Source: Orbicella franksi (Eukaryota). Taken from it: a DNA stretch of 64,000 bases. The translations under genes and the position numbers were made by a program. The notes below the pieces were generated by a model. That model was given only the letters and a program-made list of their open reading frames with translations, was not told the DNA's origin and did no database searches. This document shows, piece by piece, positions 24,438 to 35,700 of this stretch; within the stretch, counting starts at the first letter, position 1, and every line of letters starts with the position of its first letter. The stretch covers positions 26,908,001 through 26,972,000 of the forward strand of contig OZ116706.1 in NCBI GenBank assembly GCA_964199315.1, in the 5' to 3' direction.

Positions 24438-24857
24438 GAAAAACAAAATACAGGAAAAGAAAAATAGTTGGTTCTACTGGACCTCGGACGATAAAGATTA
24501 AAAAACCGGAAAATATCCATGCCATCGAGGTATACGATGTAAACTGGACAAACTACCATAAAGATTTCGAGTAAAGAGCTGTAGCACTTTTCTGCGCTTT
24601 TGCCTTCTTACAATTTATTCAAAATTCTAGCCGAGTTTATTTGGCTTGTGATAAACGAGTTTGTGACATGCTTGGCGTGGATATGACAACACGAACTCCA
24701 AACAAGGTCAAAATAAGGCGGTCAGAATATCGGCTAAATACAAGGTAAATGTGATTTGTCCAGTACGTAATGCGAAACAAAGCGCGCGCTGGCTTCTTAC
24801 ATTATTAGTTAAATTTATAGTTATAGTGTATTCATCTAGACCTACACTAAAACACTG

Positions 24858-25216
24858 AGGCCCTTTCCACATAACGCCGGAGGAATTTAAAAGTGGAAGT
24901 TTCATTCTGAAAACGTATCAGATGTCTTCCGTCCACACTGCGCCGGAGGAATTTAAAAACGCAACAATCACCGGTCATTTTGGATTTGTGTTTGAGGAAA
25001 ACTCGGTCAGGGAAGTCACGTGATTATCGTGACGCCATCGTTTTCAAGAAGCTCCGTGTTCAAAATGTTTTCCGTCCACACGAGAACGAAAATTCCTTTG
25101 GTTTGCAGAGCGTTTTCAACAAGCTCCGTTTTCGCGACGAATTAGCGTGGACGGGAAGCCTAACCGTAGAAACTAAGCTGCGTTTTCAAATTGCTCTTGC
25201 GCAGTGTGGACGCTGA
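24858..25216. mobile_element. Non-autonomous DNA transposon (PIF/Harbinger-like MITE), family B, copy 1
   Basis: aggcc..tccaca ... gtgtggacg TIRs; ~360 bp; near-identical body to 28327..28683 and 53542..53898. Confidence 0.7.
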
Positions 25217-26096
25217 TTAAGACAAATGTTTCCATTTTTTATCGCAAGTGAAGAACAAGCGGTCTTGTTTTGGTTCAGCACGTCCTGGCAACTAACGAGC
25301 TAATATCCGCTTCATAAGCCTATCCCGCTTCAAAAGTAACATTCCTTCACGAAAACCTAGATCAAAACGAAAAAATCCGTCAGCCAGTTTAAAGAAGCTC
25401 AGTCACGGTATTTTGATTTATTTTGGGCACGCACAAAATTACCTTTGAATTGAAGGAAACTTGAAAATAATGGTTCACTAAGATAGAAAGACACCAAAGA
25501 GATAATAATAAGTAATAAAAGAACAAAGATGGTTGAGGATGGAGAAGATTAACACGGATTACAAACGACTAACCTAAAAAAAAAATTTTGCTTAACTTTT
25601 CGTGATGCGCAAACTGTGACGTACCTCCTTTAGGGATTTCCTTGTTAAGCGATAAGCAAGTTACAAAAAATTAAGTCGTGAATCAAATGACCCCAAAAGA
25701 TTTGCCTCGGATAATTTTGTCAAGAATGCGGTAAATAGGATAAAAATAGAGGATAAACGAAAAAAAAAGATACAGTTTTCATATTGAAATAGCGCATTTA
25801 AGGAGCATATTGATTTGTAAGAAAAATTTTTACGTATATCTTGAGATATCATATCGTTATCGACGCTGTTAATTTTTTTTTTTGCCAATTTTAACCATAC
25901 TTAATCAGAATATATGTATATCTTTACCAAGGTTATAATCTCTGTATTTGACTACTTCGTTAAAGGCTAAACAGATTAAAGATATATTTTTAACTGATAT
26001 GTTTGCCAAGTTTGTTAATCCTGCCAAAAACAATTATTAACCAGTGTGGCGACCTGTGTGTTGTCAACGGCACTGTACAGAACCAAAGACTCTGTT

Positions 26097-26381
26097 TAGG
26101 GCGGTTTTCAATTGACTGCCGTGAACCACTTTGGCCAATCACGAAAGACGCAGACAATCTAGTGAACCAATCAAAACTTAAAGCAAACACGTGTAGCCGA
26201 CGCAAAGCGCGGGAAAACGTCTGGCAAACGAGTCAAGCAAGTCAACAAGCTAGCAAGTCATGATTGGTTTTGGTTTAACTTCTCATTGGTTGAAAAGTGG
26301 CGTGAGTTTTTTAAACCGATCATTGGCGTAGAAATTCAAAACGAGTTCAAACGTAAACGTACTTAATTGAAACCCGCTCTA
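26097..26381. mobile_element. MITE-like repeat, family C, copy 1
   Basis: TIRs tagggcggttttcaattga ... aattgaaacccgctcta; inverted homologue at 40786..41243. Confidence 0.65.
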
Positions 26382-27337
26382 TAAACGCGGTTTAGACAGA
26401 GTCTTTGATGTTACCTTAAGCAGTTTATGTGTAAATGTAAAAAACAACATGCAAATGGGCCGTGCCTCTCTAACAATGGGGCGTTGGAGCCAAGGCCAAA
26501 TGCCTCGCTTTCCTGACTTTTAGTACTTTATTGAGTATTAGCTTAAACCACTGGCCGTCTTATTGGCAAACTAGCAATCTGATTGGCTTCAAACACAGAC
26601 GACGTTTATCGATCGATAGTCAGTCCTCATTTTCGCCTCTAGAAGGTTACAAATGTTCCGTGAGGAAAAGTTGAAGCCGATTAAGGGAGCGATTACGCTA
26701 TCCAATTGAACACTATGATAGACATTTCAATGTGCTTATGTCTTGAAACAACCGTTCAGTTCATGAAAAGTTGCCACACCCACCATGATTTCGTTCTCTC
26801 ATTGGCCAGTTCAATTAGGAAAGGGACATCATATCGACCGCCGAAATGCCATCATCGACTGAACAAAACGCAGATGAAACAAAACAGTGGAGTGACTTGT
26901 TTCAATGTAAAATTTTAGCCAGTTTAACTGCATGTCATCTTCAGTTGAACACGGCGGCTAAGCAAAAATGGGCACGTGGAGGATTTTTTCGGTGGTTATT
27001 CTAAAAATGCTTTGTTGATATCAATCCTCCCTACCACACACCAACTGGTTTGATGCTAAGTGTGCTATCTCGATATAGCAGATTTCCAGTCTCTAATGGA
27101 AATTACCACGTGATAATTAGAGGTCCTTTGCACGAGCCAGTCACATGATACAAAGAAAGAACAGTCACTCTTGACTGAAACGCATGACTGGTGTGGCTGC
27201 GCAAGCTTAGTAGCCAGTAGATATGGTCCTGCCCACGTGACTTATATCAACCAATGACTCGACACGAGAAAACATTCTTGGAATTAATTCTAACCCCCTA
27301 TAAGGTACATTCATTTCTTTCCTGAAGATCTAGTGGT

Positions 27338-27577
27338 CCGGGCTGTTCAAAGCCCGATGAAGCTAACCCAGGATTAGTGAGAATTTTGATTCCAGGTTTG
27401 TAACTTTTCGGTGAGGTTTTCTGTTTGTAATGTTTGTCCTTCAGTTTTGAGTCTGAACAATCTCAAACTACACAAAAAATCAGCAGTAAAAAATATTTTT
27501 ATACAATAAAAATTAACACTTCTGTTAACTCTTAAACCTGAGTTAGAGTAACCAAGCTTTCAAACAACACGGCCCTG
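27338..27577. mobile_element. MITE-like repeat
   Basis: TIRs ccgggctgttcaaag ... ctttcaaacaacacggccc; a partial copy lies near 3225..3265. Confidence 0.55.
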
Positions 27578-28326
27578 AGAAAAGGTCACAAAATTCTTGA
27601 ATAGCGGTAGACCTTTTTGTAATAAACACGTTGTTTTTCGGCCCAAGCTGAATATTATTATTTTTCTGCCGATTTTATGGGCTGAAATATTTTTATGAAT
27701 ATTCCTAGATTATAGCTTATGACATTTCTGTTAAAGGATGTATATTGGGGTATCAATTACGTGTTTGGTGCCTAGAAGGCGTTGAAGTCATTTAGGTGCC
27801 AGACTACAATTAAGCAATTAAGCCTGATATGAAACAAAAAATTTTTGCAGACATATTTATATTAGCATCGAACATACGGCTAGAGCTGTTTTTGTTGTTT
27901 TTTGGCTGTACATGTTTCGCCGTTTAAAGAAAAAAAACCATATAATTGAATAGTAATTACAAAGTTTCAACACAACTGAAACTATATTCTTTTCAAAATC
28001 TCAGTCTGAGGTTTATTCTTAAAATATGCTTAGAAAATTTTGCAAATTTCAGAGTGTACATCTAATTAGCTAAAAATAAAGATATAGGACAACTTTCACA
28101 ACGAAAAGTGTTTTATTTTATGTAAAGCATCGAAACAGTTTCTAATTCTAGAATAAATTTTACACATAGTTATCAAGGACGCTAGCAATATTGGTGGCAA
28201 ATATTGCTCACCTCTCAGGATTGAACGCGATTACTGTTTGACAAGTATTTCATATCTGGCTAACTTATTAAAACATTTTCATATTTCTTTAAAATTGACA
28301 AGATTATGTGTGTTTTGTTGATTTTT

Positions 28327-28683
28327 AGGCCCGTCCACTCTACGCAAGAGAAATTTGAAAACGGTGTTTTCACTCTGAAAATTAAAACGCATCAAATGTT
28401 TTCCGTTCACACAACACCGGAGAAATTTGTAAACGCAACAATCAACTGTCATTTTGGATTTGTGTTTAAGGAAAATTCGGGCAATCATAGATTGGTACCG
28501 TGACTTAATCGTTTACGAAAAGCTCCGTTTTCAAAATGTTCTCCGTCCACACTAAAACCCAAAGCTGGCGTTTTAAATTCCTCTGATTTGAAGAGCGTTT
28601 TCGAAAAGCTCCATTTTCGTGACGGATTACGTAGAAATATAGCTGCGATTTCAAATTTCTCAGGCGTAGTTTGGGCGGAGCCT
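28327..28683. mobile_element. PIF/Harbinger-like MITE, family B, copy 2
   Basis: Starts aggcccgtccac, ends gggcggagcct; same body (gaaaacggtgttttcactctgaaa...aagctccgttttc). Confidence 0.7.
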
Positions 28684-29909
28684 CATACGCGAGGACACTT
28701 TGTGATGCCAGTTACAAAGCGCGTGCCTGCATAAGCTAACCAAACGTTCAATCCGGGACTGATCTACTGAAGAGAAAAATTATTTAACTATCAATAGTGC
28801 CAGATCGTTTAGTGCAAAGTCAGTAAGCGGACAAATCATCCTTGTTGTTAGCGTGTTAGTATAAACTTACATTTATCATTCTTAGTTTAATAGAACAAGT
28901 TTGAAAATCAAATTTTCACCGTCAGAGGGGAAGAAATTCGTGTGCCAGTTTTTACTATTTAGTTTACATTGAGCTTAGTTTTACATTACCTTTACATAAC
29001 TGAATAAAATACTTTCAAAACATATTAAATGGTTAAAAATGGCACTTTTTGCCTCATAAAGTCTGCTGATTTTTTTTTTTGTCTGTTCTGTTATCCCATG
29101 TTTCTTCTTGTCTCAATTCTTTCAAGTTTACAAAAATCTTAATGTGCTACTCGTATTTCACAGAAGAATGAAAAATTCCTTAAATTATGTCAATTTCAGT
29201 GAATAAAAGCTCGCGAGAAAGTTCGTCTTTTGCCCTTGGCTCATTTTTGAATCACCTTGAGCAATGAATAATTTTATCCAAAGTAAAAACTAATCAGAAT
29301 TGCAAAAGAAGTCGAGAGCATCAAGCACAAATAATGAATTTTGCTAATTCGAACTCTGTTTACATTGTTTTAAATACAGTGGATTAACGTAAGTTCTAAC
29401 TACTGTAAAAAAAATCTCGCACCCAACAACTGCAAAGCTTTACTGAAACACCAAACACCAATCATGTCAACAGTGATTTAAGACTAACTTCACCACGGTC
29501 AGTGGCAAGGTGAAAGCGGTCATGCGCACTGAAAACTAGCTTGAACATTACTTTTTATTCTCTTGTTTACTCGATGTCTGAATGCAACGGAGTTTCCGCT
29601 CGGAAAATTTGCTTGCGAATGTTCAAATTGCGGCTATTTACAAACTTATCCTATAACTCTGTGTAAGTTGGTTTTGAAGCTTAATTATAAAGCCAGCTAG
29701 CGTTCCAGGGAGCATTTTCTTTAATCGCCTGGACATTACCTCCATTCGATCTCACGCCATTTTTGAGTTATTTGTCTCACTTTAGCCTCACCCCAAATGC
29801 TTTTTAGCTCACGAGAGATTTTGCACTCCTGTGTGTGAACAAGCACGGGAACAAAAGGCCTTTTCATCTAGAAAACTAACATGCAAAAATTAATTTTTGT
29901 TCTCTGTTA

Positions 29910-32756
29910 CTACGTTACTGGATTGTCGCTTTTGTTAAAACCTGAGAACCATTTTGATACATTTCCGTCTGGCTCCAGCAAGCTGGAAACTTTGGTTTTG
30001 ATCAGACCAACCATGGAATTGTCTCTTTCCATTTCTTGTTCTCGTTCGTCTTCTTCGTCATCATCGCCAAGTGTGAACACAACCGGTGGCTTCTCTCGGG
30101 TATCCCGCACGTCCCGCGAGTCCCGTGAAAATAGTGACCCGACATCTGGGAGAAGTGATTTTCCTAGACTCGCTTTACTTTTCCTCTGTGGTTTAGTTCC
30201 GTTTGGAATTCCTCCTTTACTCTTCCCACGCCTCAAATCTGGCACAGAGGTATTGAACGAAGTGAAGAAGTCGTCTTTCGCCCTCAACGAACTTTTCCAG
30301 CTATTCCTCCTCTCGTACTCTTCATCGTCCCAAAAGTCAAGCGTTGATTGGCTAGAGTAGCTGTTAGAGCCCAGTGCGCTGTAAGATGGTTTGCCGCGCG
30401 GCACACGGCCATTGGTGTACTGGTGCGGATTTGTGTAGTCTTGGTACTTGACCTCGATCAGAGGAAAACTTTCTATGCCCAGGCCACCCCGACTCTTGAC
30501 GGCCGAGACGTGATTCCAAATGGGCGTCGGCTTGGTGATACAGGGCGTGTGTTCATCATCAAAATCTGTGTCAAAAATCGATTTTTCGTGGTCGAACTTA
30601 TCTTCAAGGCCTTGCTCACTGGGTGCGTCAAACAGAGAATCAGGGTATTCGTCAAAGTCGCTCTCCCTAGAAGCTCTTCTATTACTCTTCCGCTCACCTT
30701 CGCCGAAATCATAATCATAGTTATCAAAGTGTTCTTGAGTTCTCTGATGATAATCAGAACTTATGCTATGGCGGCGGCCTTGGGAAAGAATTCTTTGTTG
30801 ATTATCAGAGGTGGAACTATGTCGGCGAGCTGGGATATACTGGGAGAGTTCATACTCTGACGCGTTACTTTGACGACAAATAGACTGCCGATGGACAGAA
30901 CCGTCGTCTCTCGTGAAATCGGGACGCCTTCGTGCGTCTTCGTAACGTTGTCGCTCACTTCGTACATCTTCGTATTCTCGAGGCTTGTAAATGTACGATT
31001 CGCTGTCATCAGAATCATCGAAGCTAGTTTTCTGACATTCTTCACTGTTCTCGGAATCTTTCTTGTCGTCGCTTTGTGCGCCTATGGATATGTTCAACAT
31101 AGATTTCCCAAAATCTCGTAGCTTATTTGAGAGAGAAGGCAGCGTTGTTTGCCCGGCTGATGTTGCCCCCACTGATTCGTTTGTTGGTGCAGAAATGTTA
31201 AGCATAGACTTTCCCAAATCTTTCAGTTTCGACGATAAACTTAGCCCAGAAGTTGAGCTTTCGCCGAAAGGTTTTGTTGCCTCTTGTCTCTCCGCAGTTT
31301 CCGCTTGGGAAATGTTCAACATTGACTTAACACCTTTCAGTTTTGTAGAAATGTTTCCTGCGATGTCGGAAAAATTCATGTCGAGTACCGCATTCAACAT
31401 GGACGGCTCTTCCTCGTCATTGTTCCTGTACGTGTAATAAACAGGAATGTCCAGGGGGGGTCGCTCTGTGTCGTCGTCATCATCATCCCACATGGCTCGG
31501 ACGTTGAACGATGCTCTGTCCTTTACGTTGAAAGGAAATTTGAACGGGTTATTTTGATTGGCAGAATTTTTGGTTCTGTCTGTTGCCGCCGCCGTTCCTT
31601 GCCTGGGGTGACCTCCTGTCGCGTTTGGTACTGTCAAATGTTTACTCGAGGGACTACCATTTGGAATATTCGCCTTTCCACCATGATCTTTCCCGTCCTC
31701 TCCTACGCCGTCTTCCTTAGAGTTATTAGATACTGACAGCATCGAGGGGTAACGGTTGTTAAAATGTACAGTGTGCGAAGTGAAGTCCATTGTACCGTCT
31801 TCGTTTCTTCGCCGCAGCGTTCGAGGTGTTCTCTTCTCTTGGACAACAGGGCGTTTAGTTTTGCTCCTTTTCACTAAACAAGAAATAGTAACCGGGATTC
31901 CTACCACAGACAGAAGAATAGCAACAGGTATAAAATGTGCCAACCAACCCCATTGAAAAGGAGGGTCTGGTCCGAACAATTTGGGATCGCAGGCTCCAAA
32001 GAATTTGAAGTGCGCACTTTCGATTGGAAATCTTGTAGTGAGCGCATTTTGAAACTTCTGCTCAATGACGTTTGTTTCTTCGTCAAGTATCCTCGATCTA
32101 AGCTTGCTGTAAGTGTCTTCATTACAAGGAGAATAAGGAATATTCGCAAATACAATAGTCATATTTCTCGATGCTTTGTTAAACGACTTGACCAAGATTT
32201 TGGCTGGTTTTTCGTTGAAACAATAGCGTGCCAACTTCGTGGCGAAGTCAATTCTCATTTCCACGTTTGTCATAAACCGCTGAAAATTTGTTCCTGTAGT
32301 TAAAATCAATTCATGGCTGTACTCAATGCCGTCCTCTTTCACACGAAGCTTGAAAATAATTTCATATTTCAAATCTCCTTTAACGCCGTCGACAACGACT
32401 TTATAAGTGAAGATGCCCACGTTGCCTGGAAGAGGAAAGCCATAAACCTCCCGACTTTTTGCATCAAACTGTACCCACGAGGTTTGAAGAATCTTTCCAT
32501 TGTTAGATGTCTTCATTGTAAAGCGAGGGTTTTTAATTTCACCGTTCACAGCATCAATAGTCTGTTGAGGGATAGGAATTCGGAATGCTCGCCCAACATG
32601 CGCCGTGCCTTGGAAAACGTTTGGCGTTAATTTTGTTGTGGCAAGAGTAGAACGACTTGGGCCGGTGGAACTGGAGCTAACGGAAGATGGCTTCTCGGTT
32701 GAGTTTATGGACACCAGCGAAAAAAACACCTTGAGAACCGTAAGTGCTTTTGACAT
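29910..32756 (-). CDS. Divergent dystroglycan-module membrane protein (signal, CADG, SEA-like, TM, ~650-aa cytoplasmic tail), 948 aa, single coding exon
   Basis: Uninterrupted 948-aa ORF with an in-frame stop just upstream; hydrophobic N-terminus; SWVQFDAKSREVYGFP..VG (human DAG1 SWVQFNSNSQLMYGLP..VG); Cys pair PC...GAC; TM at ~31872..31946. Confidence 0.85.
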   Translation of the reverse strand: MSKALTVLKVFFSLVSINSTEKPSSVSSSSTGPSRSTLATTKLTPNVFQGTAHVGRAFRIPIPQQTIDAVNGEIKNPRFTMKTSNNGKILQTSWVQFDAKSREVYGFPLPGNVGIFTYKVVVDGVKGDLKYEIIFKLRVKEDGIEYSHELILTTGTNFQRFMTNVEMRIDFATKLARYCFNEKPAKILVKSFNKASRNMTIVFANIPYSPCNEDTYSKLRSRILDEETNVIEQKFQNALTTRFPIESAHFKFFGACDPKLFGPDPPFQWGWLAHFIPVAILLSVVGIPVTISCLVKRSKTKRPVVQEKRTPRTLRRRNEDGTMDFTSHTVHFNNRYPSMLSVSNNSKEDGVGEDGKDHGGKANIPNGSPSSKHLTVPNATGGHPRQGTAAATDRTKNSANQNNPFKFPFNVKDRASFNVRAMWDDDDDDTERPPLDIPVYYTYRNNDEEEPSMLNAVLDMNFSDIAGNISTKLKGVKSMLNISQAETAERQEATKPFGESSTSGLSLSSKLKDLGKSMLNISAPTNESVGATSAGQTTLPSLSNKLRDFGKSMLNISIGAQSDDKKDSENSEECQKTSFDDSDDSESYIYKPREYEDVRSERQRYEDARRRPDFTRDDGSVHRQSICRQSNASEYELSQYIPARRHSSTSDNQQRILSQGRRHSISSDYHQRTQEHFDNYDYDFGEGERKSNRRASRESDFDEYPDSLFDAPSEQGLEDKFDHEKSIFDTDFDDEHTPCITKPTPIWNHVSAVKSRGGLGIESFPLIEVKYQDYTNPHQYTNGRVPRGKPSYSALGSNSYSSQSTLDFWDDEEYERRNSWKSSLRAKDDFFTSFNTSVPDLRRGKSKGGIPNGTKPQRKSKASLGKSLLPDVGSLFSRDSRDVRDTREKPPVVFTLGDDDEEDEREQEMERDNSMVGLIKTKVSSLLEPDGNVSKWFSGFNKSDNPVT

Positions 32757-35700
32757 TGGAGAAGAGACTTCTCTGCTTCATGAGAGCGGCGGACTTAAGC
32801 TCTGTTCAATACTGGCCGCTGCTCACGGGTTGATACAGCCAAACAAAACTTTAACTGGCAATGTGTCGCGACACGCCTGAAAGGGGAAAAAATAGCTTAA
32901 TTTTAATATCTGATAAGTTGACACACGGACGGAACTAATAGCTTTTGTGTAACTCTAACCATTAACCAAAACACAAATTGTTTGATGCCTAAAAGACGGA
33001 ATATTGACAGAAACAGATTTAAGATTATAAAGCGAGGTGGATAACTATAAGTTTTATCTGTTTAACGAAGATTAAAGTAGATAACAGCACTTTTCAATTG
33101 TATGATTGAGGGGAAGCAAGTTTTCAGATTTAAGTTAAAGTGTTGCGCTTAAGATCGGAGAATTATACGCAGTTCCAGAACTTATATCAAATACATGTCT
33201 CGCTACTACTTTGAGGAATTTTTCGGCAGTTTGTAAAAGTACTGTGAAAATGTTTTCGATTTTTTCTAAACAGGAGTGCCTCAAAAACATGACCGACGCA
33301 TATTGGAAAATATATCAAGTCTAGAATGAAAACGTTCTGTAACCGCAATTTCATGATTTGTTCTCTTGTTGTTGTTGTGGCTTTTATAAAAGCCTTAAAC
33401 GACTTGGGTGTACTTTGTGGCTTCAAAACAAGCTTTTTCAAATACACAAAACAGGTATACAATAAACTAGTTCACCATGGTAAATTTAACCTCTCTGGAA
33501 CCTTGCCTTGATAGTCAAGCGCACAACACGTTCTTTTGGGATGCAGAACTGCGGTTGATGGAAAAATATATGTAAATCTTTGAAAATTTGCACTACTGCT
33601 AAATGAAGTTTGAGCATTTCTCAGTTCACAAAATTGTTCGGGCTCCAGTTTGGCAGATTTCTCCAAGTATTAAATTTTCCTGTGCATTGCAGCTGGGAGT
33701 TGACGTCATCGAGGCATGTTTGTACTTTAGGTAAGAAATTAACTGGTGGGAATCCAATCACAGATATTATTCGCGTCTTTAGTCCTGGGAAAAAATAAAA
33801 GCAGGCCTTAGACACGAATCAAAACATCGTTATAATGCTGTGTAGCTATGTGGAGCCTGCAAATTTAGAGATTTGGGAGTTTCAAACTTGAAGCGCAGTC
33901 TTGTGCAGCTCTTCACCAAACTTGAATTCTAGATTGTTTGTTGTTTGATAAATCTTTTGCATTAATTCGACGAAGTCTTTTGTTTACTAGAGAATAATCT
34001 CTTCAGAATAATCTATTTTGCATATAACAACTAATTTTCACAGTGTAAAGTGTGGAATTAAACAAAAGTGTCTTAAAATAGCTGAAAATATCTGAAATAA
34101 GTTTATCTCAATGTCGTTGAGATGGACAATTTTAGAAGAAAAACACACATTAAATTTTCGCATTATATGCGTAATAATTCATCACTAAAATGATTTGGAA
34201 AACACTGCAGGATTCGTTACACTATAAATTAAATTACCTTGGTCATAATCGGTTTCACAGGCTTATAAACATACCAATAGAAACTTTAAACTTCCATAGG
34301 AAAATTCTCTTATACGGAAGACGGATTCGATGGCTTTTGTGAACGGCAAATTTTCTTTTTCATTTGTCTGAATTTTTTTGTGATCGCGCTTTAAGCAGAT
34401 GTTTCAGTTACTCGCTAAACAAGGCAACGCTAAATATGACCGTAATTGCATTCCTTTTGTGTACAGTACAAGATTTCTGTTTACGTCGTAAAATTAATAC
34501 CATTTGCTCATATTTTGGAAGAAATTTACACCACGAAAACTCTTGTAAACCTTTACAACGTCAAAAAAATCATGCGTAATTTCCATACTTCGCATCAGAT
34601 CTGACAGATTTAACATTTGTAAAATAACGACGCTTTCTTTGCTAATTCCGGTGTACTTTAAACCCTCTTTTATACAGTTTGAAAACAGTAGATTTCTTTA
34701 AAAAATGTGATGTCAACATAGAAAACTGTGTTTGATCATGCAAAGTCCCTTAAAGAGACTGTTGACGAACTCTTGAATAGCAGAAAAGATAAAAATTTTC
34801 CATACTGATGGCACCTGCTCTTTAGAACAATTATGCAGCATTTCAATGGAATTTGTACCTCTGTGTTAGACGATTCCATAAACGATCTTGTTATGTAAAA
34901 CTCTATTGCGGCAAGACAACCTCTCCCTGACTCAGTGAAGCACTTAGATAGAGCGTTCCTAGTTCGAAGCGTCATTAAAGAGCCATTTTCTTACAGATCA
35001 CGCCGGGATTCCTTCGCTAGGAAAAAAAGTATTGAATAATTTAGGCCGTGAACAAAACTTAATTACACCCCGTCTGTACACATGTCTATAATTGTTACCC
35101 GTTCTAACAGAAATATGAAAATTTAATCATCTGCAATTTGATCGCCCACTTCCTACGCATGCGCTGAACACAGCATGAGGTTAATAAAGCACGGGCATGT
35201 ATTGTCGGGCCCAGAGCTCTACTCTGTCAAGGACGATCGCGTCTTGCGATCTGGGTCGAGACTATGCTTCTTTGCTGTTACGTTACGTAATTTTAACACT
35301 CTACACAAAAAAGTTTATTCAGTTTGTCTTTCGATTAGCGCTAGCAGTTAGTTTACAAGACCGATTATCACGAGCATGCACGCTTGATAATTTTAGCTGG
35401 GCGAAATTCATATTCATATTACAAGAAATTAGTTGCCAAATTTCAAAAGCTCTATTTGTAACTTTTTTTATACCGAGTTAAAATAGCCCCTCTGTATTCA
35501 GAAGAGTGTTACGAAAAATTCCATCTGGTAATTATAGGCTTCCAAAATCAACTCCACCAAACAAGCGTTATGAGCAAAATAAACCCAAGTGTTATTTTAG
35601 GAATCATTAAATATTATATCATAAAGATCTCTTATTCCTTTTTTCTCCTAGTTGTTAAATTTACTAGTTATCATTTTCGTTTAGTAGCAGGTGTGCAAAA

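Noticed and set aside
29881-32880. Several 60-170 aa overlapping ORFs in other frames of the 948-aa gene
   Set aside because: Expected shadow ORFs of a long, relatively GC-rich coding exon.
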